The notes: generated by a model not told the origin, from the sequence alone. DNA of 64,000 bases from Lingula anatina (GCA_051362555.1 CM120646.1:10044001-10108000); one strand, 5' to 3'; shown: positions 23,836-35,889, numbered from the stretch's first letter. A program made the numbers and translations.

Positions 23836-24221
23836 AATGTCAGTACTGTATACTTTTCCACCGCAATCAAGTAAACTCTTCTTGGGAAAATATAACTGTA
23901 ATGCCATCAGTGAATTCTGATATCATCGCTTTCCGGAGCTAGGGATCCCTTGGTCGCTTATGGAATAATAGCTATGATTTTCTCTGTTGTGATATATTAA
24001 TAAGATATGACACGGCGAACATACCTAAGCTCAGATTTTGCTGTGAATGTCCACAGTTTTTAAATGTCTGGTATCGTTGCACACGTTGTTGAAGATAAAC
24101 ACAGGTGCTGGTTTTGTATCTTTACACATATTGATAATTGATTTTTTTTTTAAAGTTCTTTGGCAAAGATGGCTCATTTTACTCCTTTAACGAAACAGTC
24201 CTCCGAATGTTGACGATAATA

Positions 24222-24720
24222 AATGGTGACCCAAAAACACAGAACCCATAAAAAATTTAATAAATCCTACAAAGATCCATCAAATTTCAAGAAATTTGCT
24301 GGACTTAAAATCCGTACGTGCATAATCATTCCCCAAAGTTTCACTTTTCTTAGTCACTTAGCATAAAGGTTATGTTCTTTTTAAAAATATGCTCCAAATG
24401 GCCTCCGAGACATTGGATGCACACTTCGTGAAAATTGTCAATTTCTCAAACACATACCTCCTTAGAGATTTCCCTGATTTTTGCTGGGGAGGGTTGTTCT
24501 GGTACACTTTATCCTTGAGATACCTCCACAGAAAAAATCTGGGGGAGGGTCAAGTCCGGAGAATTTGTGTAATATTTGCATACCCTGTATTATGTCCCTT
24601 TTATTACTATTGATTTCTGGGGTGGGTCTAACAGTCTTCCAAATCTCAGCACAGTTACATATCCCTCATCATACCAGCATATTCTGCAGCATTTTCCTAC
24701 TTGCGACCCCATGACATTAA
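24222..24720 (-). mobile_element. Tc1/mariner-superfamily transposase C-terminal remnant with probable 3' TIR
   Basis: Minus strand 24565-24385 reads SPDLT.PDFFLWRYLKDKVYQNNP...CIQCLGGHLEHIF (SPDLTPxDFFLWGYLK and GGHFEH motifs); GGTGACCCAAAAA TIR-like end at ~24225. Confidence 0.75.
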
Positions 24721-25009
24721 TTATGAAATATCAGTTTGTTTTTTTTTTTTTTTGGTAGTTACAAAACAGAAGCTTTTCGGTAAATCAATAAGCGTTAAAA
24801 TACACATTGCTGGAGAGTAACAATACTCCTCTTATACTTTTCTAAGTATTTCAGGACGTAAATTAGTTAAAAGTGATCCAAGCCAGCATTTTGTACGCAT
24901 TCTAAGAGCATGAATTACTTTTTGTTGAACTTAACTGATGACAATTAAAAACTTAAAAAAATAAAATGACAGATAAATGGTCTTTATCAATATCGCAAAT
25001 GAAAAATAA

Positions 25010-25030
25010 TAAATAAAAAATAAATAAATA

Positions 25031-25069
<39 letters not shown>

Positions 25070-25070
25070 C
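25010..25070. repeat. (AAAT)n/(AAT)n microsatellite
   Basis: Direct reading. Confidence 0.9.
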
Positions 25071-25133
25071 ATATTCACATGGCCAAAAATCAAGTCAAGG
25101 GTATGAATGGGGTCTCTGGAACACCCGCGCTTA

Positions 25134-26004
25134 TACCCCCGTCACACTTATTCGGAATCAGCAGGAATGAAGATGAATAAGCCCGAACGAAGAATTTTTA
25201 AAATTCGAACCACATTCGGGGGAAATTTTCAAATTGACCTTTATTATTGTAAGAGTCCCGTTGGAATACTCAGAATGCGCTTGAATTCGCCTGGAATGAT
25301 GAGTGCATTTTCGACTGTATAGCTCTCAAAAGCAGTTCGAATGTAGTTGGAAAACTAGGAATATTTATAATGCTGTAAGAAGGCAGTAAGAATATTTAGA
25401 ATATACTTTGAAGGGCGCTCTAGTGTAGTTCGATTGCTGCCAAAATTAATATTTCAGCTCATCCGAGGCACATTCGAAACATTCTGGCGGAGTATAAAAT
25501 TCCCGTCACACTAGAGGCGGAATGATTAAGAATGGCGTCGGAAATACAATTCTTTGTGCATTCCAGGATATTCGAATAGCATTCTAAAAACATTCTAAAA
25601 ATTCTGAGTGCATTCTAAATATTTTTACCCATTCTTGTGGCGGGCTCGAATGTTTTTTGGTCATGCAAAAACTTTCGAAGTGCATTCCAAGAAGAAATTT
25701 ATCGAATGGCATTTGAACAGTATTCTAACTGCACTATGACTGCATTCTAAATTGTCGGAATGCCGTGAGAATATTTAGAATGCAGTCACAGTGCTTTTAG
25801 AATACTATTCAAGTGCCATTCGATAATTTTCCACTTGGAATGCACTTCGAAAGTTTTTAACTTTCAGGCCTACCACAAGAATGGGTAAAACTATTTGAAA
25901 TGCACTCGGAATTTTTAGAATGCTCTTTGAATATCCAGGAATGCACAAAGAATTGTCTTTCCGACGGCATTCTTGTTCATTCTGCCTCTAGTGTGACGGG
26001 GGTA
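25134..26004. mobile_element. PIF/Harbinger-like element whose right ~500 bp is an internal palindrome
   Basis: TTA|TACCCCCGTCACACT...AGTGTGACGGGGGTA|TTA; 25502-25750 is the inverted copy of 25760-26000; rich in GAAT/ATTC motifs. Confidence 0.85.
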
Positions 26005-26178
26005 TTAAGGATTTTGATCATTTGATCAAGTTACATATAAAGCGCACGTGGATTCCCAGTAACGACCGAAATAAAGTCCACATGCCAAATCATAAACTAA
26101 AGTAATTCCTAATTCTGTCCAAAAAAGCTTTAAAACAGCAGCTACTTTAAATGTGTGGTTGCAAATTGACCTCTTGAG

Positions 26179-26214
<36 letters not shown>

Positions 26215-26842
26215 TCCTATTCGTGAAAGTGCCATAAATGACGTATAACTGCGTGCACATTTCAATATCATAACTTTTACTCCAGTGTATGCAATACTTG
26301 TTCAAATGAGACTGCTGAGGGACTCAACTTCAATTACCCTTTTCAACTGACATTTACGATCGTAAATAAGTCACACTGATTCCCTAAGGGCAACATATAA
26401 TACCTGCATGTCTTCAAATTAAGATCATACTGCATGCGTCATCTAGCAACCGACCATTGTTCCGCTACAACCACTGCCATACAAACTATAACTAGCTAGC
26501 CCCTGCCACGGAATATTGCAGGCTGATTCATTATTTTTCCAGACAGAGGACTTTTCGAAAACAATTGGGTATTTCCAGTGTAAGATTGACATTTATTTTG
26601 TAGTTTTTTTTTCTCACCCACTTACCCAAACACATGCACTCACAAAGAAGAATAACAATAAAAGACTTCCTTTATACTGGATTTTTAGTAATAGTCACGA
26701 GAACATAAAGTGTACCACATTTGTATTGTTATAAACAGGGTCATTGCTGAAGCAACGCTTTCACCTTTAATTAATACCCATATTGTTAGTGAAGTCGATA
26801 TTTTTGCCTTAAAATTTGAGTATGCTGTGATAATTATCCTTA

Positions 26843-27843
26843 GGGAGCAGCCACACACAGTTGATCCGCGGTCTAACTAGTCCGCTGATCAAATGCGGCT
26901 CCCACTTGAAAGCAAGTCGCATAATCCCCTAAAACAATGTAATGGATTTCCACGCCTCCCACTCGCGCCGTCCCAGCAGGGTGAGAGCAATTAAATTTCG
27001 GGACATGCTTTCAAAAGGGTACCCTGAGTGTCAGAGCAACGTAAAACTTAGCTTGTAAATATTAAATATACCTTGGAGTCATTTTTACTAGCTCTGAGGA
27101 ACAGCGGCCATGTTAGGCTTCCGTCAATCAAATAGAACTGCTCCGCAGTGATTCTGCAGTTGAATGTCATCAGACCATTGAAATGAAACGTAAAACAAAT
27201 TTAATTCTGCTTTATTTAATTTTATTTGCTGTATTTAAGATGTTAAGTGAAAAAATAAATAATATTCTTCGAAAACAAAAAAAATATATCTAATGTTTTT
27301 GTATTTTTTGCTTATCAAAGAACATTTAGTCCTGAGAAATACACGTGCACAATACACGTGCTTGCCGTGTGCCAAATTTGACAGCTACACTGTATGCCCG
27401 ATACCACTATAAGGGCTGCACAATGGCTACACGAAAATCAGTTTTTACAGCAGAATGTTGCTTGTATTGTGGCACTGACCTTCGACTGCAAGATATTTTC
27501 AATTCAAACTTCTAACTCCGCGTCAGGCACTTCAATTGCTTCTTGTCTCGTCTGCACGAGATAACTTCAGCGCAAGGCGGGAAAGGCAGCTCCAGGCGGC
27601 CAAACCTGTGACGTACGAGACACATGACTTCCAAATATGGAAGCGCCCCAGGCAGAATTTTGAAAAAGAACGCCCCCGAGTTGCCGCTGTTCGCTAGAGC
27701 CTGGTATTGCTGATATGGGTTATATATGAAATCAAGATCGAGCTGGCAATACCGGAATCTAGAACCTAGGGTATCAAAAGGGCCGCGCCATATTTGATCC
27801 TTGGACTAATAAGTCTACATATCAACTGGTTGTGAATGCTCCC
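26843..27843. mobile_element. Harbinger-like element related to 2527-2815 and 12678-12863, with a probable nested foldback at ~27085-27705
   Basis: GGGAGCA..CAGTTGATCCGCGG..AGTCCG..GATCAAAT and ATTTGATCC..GGACT..TCAACTG..TGCTCCC; TTA/TCA flanks; inner GCTCT..GAACAGCGGC and GCCGCTGTTC..AGAGC. Confidence 0.6.
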
Positions 27844-28069
27844 TCATATTGAACACACTCCGTTGGCTGCAATTGTTAAACAACTATCAAGGATTCTCCT
27901 ATTCTTTTATTCACCCACAGGCCAACGCAGACATGCTTAATATATAACTTTTAAAACACGCGCTGCCTAATTTATACAATAGAGTTACTGCAACTTAAGG
28001 CAGGCTGAAATTCAGAAACAAACAAGAGACAAACAAAGAAAAAAAAGAAAGATAAAAAGTTAACCAAAT

Positions 28070-28270
28070 CCCGCCTCTCTCCCATCCACCCTCCTGTCCC
28101 CTACCTACCCCCCTTCCCACTTCCTCCGATCTACCCTCCCTCCCTACCCAATCCGCCCACCTCACCCCGGCCCACCCTATCCACCCTTCTCTCCCCATCC
28201 ACCATCCTCTCCCTCTTCCACTCTGCTCTCCCCATCCTTCTCTCCCTTCCCCACCCACTTTCCCCAATTC
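28070..28270. repeat. C/T-rich low-complexity tract (G-rich on the minus strand)
   Basis: Repeated CCC/CCCT runs; explains the spurious Gly-rich ORF 27995..28333. Confidence 0.85.
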
Positions 28271-30125
28271 ACCATCGCTCCGTGGATAAAGGTAAGAGAG
28301 ACATACTAAGATATACCATTCAATACTTTTCACCCCGCAGAGTGTGAAAATATTCTTTCATTAATAGTGCCGCAACATGTACCAGTAACCCAGGCATCCC
28401 TGTCTTAGAAATGTCTCCATTTTCTTCTCATACCCTTCTCATACAGTATGATTATTCCAAGTTGTTTACCAGTAATCGTATTCCAATAGCGAATGTATAT
28501 ACATATATTGTGCAAGCCCAATTAAAATCAGGCAGATTCTTGGGCATACTAATATATATCTCAATTATTTTGATGGGCCTTAACAAGAAACACCGCTATA
28601 GGGGATTTTGCCCCCATTCACAAGCTCACATCCAACTGTTTAGTCTGACCGTGTCGTAGGTACTTGGTCCAGGTAAAGGCATTATAATCGATGGCAATCT
28701 ACACTGGCACCACTGACGTCAATAACCGGTTGGTACCCCTACCCCCCCCCCCTTTCGCTGGTCTCGTTATAGGCCTACCCTGAGTCATCAAATTGCGTTG
28801 TAAATTGCTTCGCATAACTAGAAATGCTCATTTTATTAATTTTTAGACCCCAGAAAATGACAGAAATAAACTTATGCTGTCAACAGTGTAATACACCAGC
28901 AATTGGAATACGGTCTAGGACAGTCTTAATATTGGGGATAAGGGCTCGGCATGTTTCCAGTAATTGTTTTTTTTTTTTTTACAAGCCGTTTGGTTTACTT
29001 TTACCTGTCTCTTTTACACGTTATTAGCACCTTATCAGCACATATAAATGCCGATTTCCCACCCAGGCGTGAGCTAAAGTTAAAACGATGCAAGGTCATA
29101 GTTTTGGTGGTCATTTTGAATTTTGTAACCTTGACTGGGTTGTGTGTACTTTCAAATAAGATCAACGTTGATCAAGCACAAAACTATTGAAACGTAATAT
29201 GTTGATGAAATTTATCTCTCTTCATTTTTAAATTTTCTACTCACAGGAATAGGCCTGCAGATGTTTTAGTCAATTACTTTGTGTTTTATCAATTACATGT
29301 AACGTGTATCAGATTAGTGAGAGGTAGCCGGATAATAAATATCATTTTACATTGCACTGCATGTTTTGCAATACCCGGTGTGGTTTGGTTTTTTATATTT
29401 TTGTATTCTCGAAAAAGTCGCCTTTGTGCTAATATCTTTGATGCAAGCAAGAAGAAGGGTCTGTACCAGTTGAGTTTTCAGAGACGAGTGCAGGCTAGGA
29501 GGAGGAGGAGCGGTAAGTTTTTCAGAAAGGAATAAAGCCTACAGGTATGTTCCGTGTGGCTACTGAAAGAAGCAATGTAATGCCAAAATGAATAACAGAG
29601 TCAGCATCTGTATATGATACATCATAGTTTGCTTTGAGATATAAAGTTAATGTATGTATTGATTTCTTTGCAAAAGTCCCAGTTGTGACTTATGTAAATG
29701 CATATCCAAGTAGTGTATTGAAATTCTTTGTTATATTTTAGTGCGTGTAAGGCATGTGAAAGTTCTTCCTTCGGTAAAGCTGGGCGTGACAGCAATTAAG
29801 TAGGTCTTGAATGTCTATTAAAAGGGAAACCATAATACATCAGGCATGTCATCGGCTTAAACAGGATTTTATTGGGAGGCTTCCTGGCGGCTTTGGAATA
29901 TGACTCGTCGTGGACCAGTATAGACATTTGTTGTATATACATGTACAGTATATTAAATGAACATGCACCAATCTAAGGTGCAACTGTTAATTTGCTATTT
30001 TATCAACGTGGAATACATTGGAACTTTTAAAAATTGTTTGAAATCATATAAGTTAAGATATACTCGTGTATTTTTATTTTGGGCCAATCCATTATAGATA
30101 TATAGTGATAACAGTCGCTATTACT

Positions 30126-30758
30126 CACACACACACACACACACATATATATATACTTGTATGTATATGTGTGTATGTGTGTGTGTGAAAAATAACGACT
30201 GTCTGGAGCTTTCGAACGTTTATTCACCGGCTCTCTTTTACATACAAATTCACAAGTATTTATACTCTATTTCTCCGTACTGATCACGCATTTACTTGTT
30301 TTCTTTCCATTGTCTTTATGAGATTACAAGGAATTTTCCATTCTTATGTTGCAAACCGCCATGCAACATTTCCTCATTAGGCAATCTCCAAGAGGCTTGT
30401 TTTCAATTAAAATATTAAAAATATTATTTGAATTATTCATGCTTGGACCATATCCATCCTTAGTTTGCATGTGTTTTACAAGTGTCAGAAACTTGCAAAT
30501 CTATTGAGAAATTAACCAATCGAAGCGAACTATGTGTGACTTTGCCACGTTCCACCTTTTCCTACCACGAAAACAATTTCTACACTTGTTGACTCTTAGA
30601 GAAATTTAACTTACAATCAATAACTTCCTACTGAACTCCCTATCCTTTTACTCGTTTGATTTCGTTTTAAAATTATCTGCAATTAGTGCAAGTGTAAGTC
30701 ATTTACTTAACTATATGTGTGTGTGTGTGTGTGTGTGTGTGAGTGTGTGTGTGTGTGT
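30126..30758. repeat. Segment bounded by (CA)/(TA)/(TG) microsatellites; possible Penelope-like remnant
   Basis: Microsatellites at 30126-30187 and 30714-30758; degenerate minimal hammerhead-like motif on the minus strand at 30203-30243. Confidence 0.35.
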
Positions 30759-31399
30759 TTAATTGATTTATTTACTTTCAGTTGTCCCCTGGTTAATGAT
30801 TAGAGCCTTAAAACCCTATACATGTAAAACAACTTTAGATTATCACCTTAAACTAGTAGGCTACTTTGCCATAAACCCGATCAAAATCAGTTAATTTTTT
30901 AAAAAACGAATTCAATAAAATCGCGACGTGAACTTGAGGATGGCTGTGCTACCGTGTAGTAATGAAAGCTTTCAAAACTTGAACTCTGGCTACATAAGAA
31001 GTCCAGATACCAGATACTAGTAAAATAGAAAGAGCCATCATATCACGTTCTGACCAAGTTCATACAGTCGAGCTCATAACATCCTGACGCTACAGTTATC
31101 TCATATCAGCAACTTTGCCCAGGACCCTATCTGGTTATGAAGTGCATGATTACCAAGCAATGTTTTGAAATTATCATATGTCCCTTTTTTGGCAATATAC
31201 AACTAAGACAGCTGACCTCCCCCCCCCCCCCCCCCCCCCCCCCCCATCAATGTCTGACATCCGGGGGCGCTGAATATACTGTGGGTTTTTAATTGCTCTG
31301 TTCATTTATTTATTTTATATAAAGAGTAAAGATATATAAATGCTTTAATCAAACAAATGAAACAACGATTTCTCACCAAATGTATTTTCATGTTCTAAA

Positions 31400-32645
31400 A
31401 GTCCCATTGATGCGTGGTAAGACCCACCATTTATTGACAAATTTGTTGAAAATTTGCACACTTGGACTAGACAATCATAAAACTATTTAGCATCCTTCTC
31501 AGCCTTTACTGCCTTCTGCCACTGTTACTGCCCATTTGATTGTGAGGACCATCTTGAAATGAGTCAATACCTTGTTTTATCACAGTATGATGCACTGCAT
31601 CATTTCTATATATATCTCTTCTGCATGGAATCCCCTGAGTCAGGTGTCCGTAAGCTCCTGTGATGCTTCAGACAGCATTTTTGCTGGTTACACTCAGATA
31701 TAGGCCTGTATGACTAAACTGTGATAGCCAGCCTGATTAAATTGTTGAGTCAGCCATTGAGAAATCTATTGATGATATCCCTGTGAGGATGCAATTCAAC
31801 AAGATTGCTTTAAATGACAGAAAAACTGAAATTGTCGGGGTTTTTTTAAAGGCATTGATGACTGTGGTAAAAATTAAAAACCAATGTTCGCATTGATAAT
31901 GTGTCTGTGAAAGCATCTGAAAGTGTGAGAGATTCAGGCCTAACCAACTACCAGACTCGGCACTCAATGAATTAACTCCTGAACTCACTCCTGAATTAAC
32001 CGGTATATCGGACCACACTACCCGTTTTCAAGGTGTGTGTCAGATAGCATTTCGGAGTATCATACCCAAGAACAAATTTTGTAGGACGACTGCGGGCTCA
32101 TCCACGCTCGGCTGAACAACCTTAAACTGCACTCTTACTTTAGATTACTTATTTCATTATCTCTATGGGGGTATATGGGGACTTTACGACATTCGGTTTG
32201 AATGCTTTAACCACTTTTGATAGGGCTTTTTTTTGCATTGTATTAGATTAATATGCCAGTCTAAGGTTCATCTAGGTGGCTTTCAAATTTATGCACCCGG
32301 TTTTTAAATCATATAGCGATTTAATACGACAATCGTTTACTATCCAATCAAGGTGACAGCCGAGCGTGGGCTCATCCTGTCGGTGTTCTGACTGATACTC
32401 CGAAATGCGATCTGACACACACCTTGAAAACGGGTAGTGTGGTCCGATATACCGGTTAAGTCAGGATCCTTAGGTGCCGAGTCTGGTAGTTGGTTAGGCC
32501 TGAGATTTAGGAGTGATTTTTAATTCAGCTGGAAAAGCAAATCAACTTTTGTAGGTCTGCATCTGTTTCAAAGGATTCGTTATGTACTTGACATACCAAC
32601 AACCACAACCCACGCCTTCATTACAATAGTCAAAACTTGACCCAT
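31400..32645 (+). mobile_element. Decayed L2/CR1-group LINE reverse transcriptase fragment, interrupted by a foldback element
   Basis: FAGYTQI (YADDTQIY-like), NKIALNDRKTEI, SESVRD|LGVIF across the insertion, RIRYVLDIPTT..HAFIT. Confidence 0.7.
31935..32502. mobile_element. Foldback DNA element with long TIRs and 5-bp TSD (AGATT)
   Basis: CAGGCCTAACCAACTACCAGACTCGGCAC...GGAGTATCA is inverted at 32392-32502; AGATT lies on both flanks. Confidence 0.85.
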
Positions 32646-33059
32646 GTGCATTCATATGAATACCACGATGCCGGATCGTCGCCGTCTCTTACCATACACA
32701 GGTAGTCATCTTCAGCAAAATAGTTGTTAAAGAGAATTCGTCTGGTTTGCTGTGATTTGCATAACACAACTTGCACATATTAATTTGGCTCTGATTGCCC
32801 TTCATGCTTTTATTCGTATTATCGTTTCCATGTATCCATTTTTTGCACTCTTGAAATGGGATTTCCCGCTCCAGTTGAGAGCAAACGCAAACGACGTGCT
32901 AGGTGAGAATTGGAATCTAGCTAGCATTTGCCTTATAGGCAACAGGAATCCGTGGTGATGCTGTCACATGTGGAAAGATTCTAAGCACACGATGCGGGAG
33001 GCATTACACACATCACATGCATTATTATTTGTTCGGATTTAAAGTAATGGCATTTAGTG

Positions 33060-34190
33060 GTCGAGTAAGGATATAAACATTTTTAGATTCCATGTCAATA
33101 ACAACAGCACAAGTATGACCTTGTGTAACGCATCTAGACACGTCTATGTTCCTGCTGTCATTTACACCTAGAATTCAAGCTTGGTTAATAAAGACGGGTT
33201 GCACTGCATGACGGCTGTGACACTTATTGTGACGTAGATTGCGGTCTTTTAACGGTTTCACCCCAGCCTCAACAATTTGTTATTCCGCAATGTATGTGCT
33301 GGGCAGGAAGAATCTTAAAAACAGAGATCTCGGCTGCATTTTGATGTGTATAGATGTTGTTCGGTAGAAGAGTCTAAGAAAAATACACTTTTTATCACCG
33401 ATCCATTTAGCTGACCGGTAAGTGTACGTGTGCGTACCAGTAGTAACAGTTCTCGAGATAACTTCTTAGGAGCAACCATTTCCACTGGCGAGAGAAGCGA
33501 GGGGCAGATTTAGAAAGACTTGTTTTTCGTATCGTAGTCCACGGAAAACGGGTAATGGATTAGATGTATGTCTGAGACCACATCCGGCCTCCGTAAACAA
33601 CACTATAATCATTAGTGAGCTAAATTCTTCACGTTTCCTGATGCAGTTTAAAAAATGAAATGATGTCTATTTTCAGGGTTTCTAGACATGGCTTTACAAG
33701 CCATTCTTTTCCATAAAATAAGCTGCAAAGGGCAGTCTAAGACTTCATGTATTGTGCATGTTCTATATCGCTTCAAGTTGCCTAACCTATGATAGTTATA
33801 TATACTTGGTTACTTTCGTAAGACGGATTATTGAGGAGATTGATGGGGCAGATGTTATTAAGAAGACCATTAACTAGGAGATATATTTTCTTCGATTTCA
33901 ACGGCAAATTTGTCAGGTGTTTTTCTTGTATCTCTCTTGGAACACCCTCTATTGTAATCAACTTCTAGCCTGATCTGGTCACGGTTCGTCATCAAATAGC
34001 CAAGGTAGGTCACTCGCATGTCATAGTGGGTCACCAGTAAGATACGGCGAGTCCCTAGCATGCCCCGGTGGGTGACCGACAGACTGTGGTTTTCGAGTAA
34101 GGGTATAAACATTTTTAGATTCCATGTCAATAACAGCAGCACAAGTATCACCTTGTGTAACGCATCTAGGCACACGTCTATGTTCCTGCT
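33060..34190 (+). repeat. ~95-bp direct repeat pair (33060-33155 and 34093-34190)
   Basis: TCGAGTAAGG(A/G)TATAAACATTTTTAGATTCC...CTATGTTCCTGCT occurs twice. Confidence 0.9.
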
Positions 34191-34193
34191 TTT

Positions 34194-34420
34194 AGGTCAC
34201 AAATGTTTTATGGTGGGTCACCGACAGGGTGGGGTGGGTCACAAATGTTTTATGGTGGGTCACCGACAGACTGCACTAATGTTTTATGGCGGGTCACCGA
34301 CAGACTGCGGTAGGTCACAAATGTTTAATGGTGGGTCACCGACAGGGTGGATCGGGTCACAAGTGTTTTATGGTGGGTCACCGACAGACTGCGGTTTGTC
34401 ACTAGTGTTTTATGGTAGAT
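34194..34420 (+). repeat. ~40-bp minisatellite (GGTCACAAATGTTTTATGGTGGGTCACCGACAG..)
   Basis: 5-6 copies; produces the repetitive ORF 34060..34575. Confidence 0.9.
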
Positions 34421-34899
34421 CAGTGACATTTTTATCATGTGACCAGGTGTTCGACGACTCTGTCAACTACAGGCCGCAGACATGTATGCAGGTACCTATC
34501 CGGGTACTTGTGCGTCTCCAAGGACCCAAATGTGACGTAGAAATTCGCGTAGTTTATTATTTGAGTCCAAAATAAATCTCAACAGGCTTTTTTCCGATCT
34601 TCGACCACCAGTGTTGCACCGCTGGGCCCGACAGCCACTTGGGGTCAAAAACGATGCACAATCTCAGACCAAAAACGAAAAAAAGGGGTCTGGTGCAAAA
34701 GGTTTCAAGTGACGCGCGCGGTGATGAGGAACATAATATAACTTTTATCGCCTAATCATGATCATCCCTCTCACGCATATTTGATATTAATTGCTGATCT
34801 TCATCACGAGCTGAAAGATAGCTAAATATTAATATTATGACAAATATTTTTTTCAGATTGTATATACCCTGTTCAGCACCGATATCTGCCTTCATTACA

Positions 34900-35889
34900 A
34901 TGGATGCATACGCAAAAGACCTCATACGAGTGCTATCCTTAGTCATTTCATTTTGTGCGATTTGCTTCGGGATTCCGGGGAATGTGTTTGTAATTCATAT
35001 AATAAGGAAGCATCCCAGGTTCCGGACAGTCCACAACCTTTTCCATGCCAGCCTCGCCATGGCTGACTTGACGACGTGTCTGATTGGGACTCCATCGTTT
35101 CTATTAGCTTGGTGTTTCAGTGCTGGAGACACGGCTTTCAGGGGTTTCATGTGCACTTTAAGTGTCTCTTTGGCGACTACCTGCAATTTGATCAACATAA
35201 TAACTTTAATGAAGATTAGTATCGTTCGGGTCTATGTCGTGTATAAACAGAAGTACAGTATGTCTAAGAAAACTGGTGTATTTTCAGTAGCGGTCACGTG
35301 GGGTGCGGGAATGTTAAGTTTCCTGGTATACATCATCAAAGGCCCAGGACCCATAGAGCACGCATGCGCGGGAAGTACGGAAATTGTTGATGCTATTGGG
35401 GATTTGCCAGTTATGATATTATTCTTTTTCATCCCTGCGTTGGCTTTTTTGGCATTGATGTGTATAGGATCCTATGTATATCTGCTAAGACAGGCCAAAC
35501 GCATGCGTAATCTAATCCATCCAATCACAACAATTAGCCATATCATTCACAGTGGCCATACACCCCCCTGGTGGGGAAATGACCCAAATGGGAGAGGAAG
35601 ATCAGGCCAAGGCGATGACACTGACGTAAACACGGAGCCTCTCTCTGCAAATTTCATAGCCAACATGGCCGCCACGAGTTCCATTCTAACAATGGTTTAT
35701 GTTCTGTCAACTCTCCCGACGATTGTCTTATCGGTAATGCAGATATGGCAGACAATTCCAGCACCTATAGTAGAGATGTGTTTCGTCCCTTTGTATTTTT
35801 CCATGTTTCTCAACCCTTATATCTATGCCAGCAGAAACAGATTTTTCAAGCATGAATTCCATAAGTTGATTTTAAAATGCCTTCAGTGA
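34900..35889 (+). CDS. Class A (rhodopsin-like) orphan GPCR, single coding exon, 329 aa
   Basis: Seven hydrophobic segments; GIPGN (TM1), SLAMADL (TM2), TM3 Cys, ISIVRVY at the DRY position, TM4 Trp, STLP (TM6), NPYIY (TM7) and helix 8. Acceptor TTTTTTTTCAG at 34856 makes ATG 34900 (ACAATGG) a likelier start than 34837. Confidence 0.93.
   Translation: MDAYAKDLIRVLSLVISFCAICFGIPGNVFVIHIIRKHPRFRTVHNLFHASLAMADLTTCLIGTPSFLLAWCFSAGDTAFRGFMCTLSVSLATTCNLINIITLMKISIVRVYVVYKQKYSMSKKTGVFSVAVTWGAGMLSFLVYIIKGPGPIEHACAGSTEIVDAIGDLPVMILFFFIPALAFLALMCIGSYVYLLRQAKRMRNLIHPITTISHIIHSGHTPPWWGNDPNGRGRSGQGDDTDVNTEPLSANFIANMAATSSILTMVYVLSTLPTIVLSVMQIWQTIPAPIVEMCFVPLYFSMFLNPYIYASRNRFFKHEFHKLILKCLQ

Noticed and set aside
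27995-28333. Gly/Arg/Trp-rich ORF
   Set aside because: Low-complexity C-rich tract read on the minus strand
34060-34575. 171-aa ORF
   Set aside because: Product of a minisatellite plus a duplicated block
34837-34899. N-terminal extension of the GPCR given by the ORF track
   Set aside because: It overlaps a strong splice acceptor at 34856, so ATG 34837 is probably intronic
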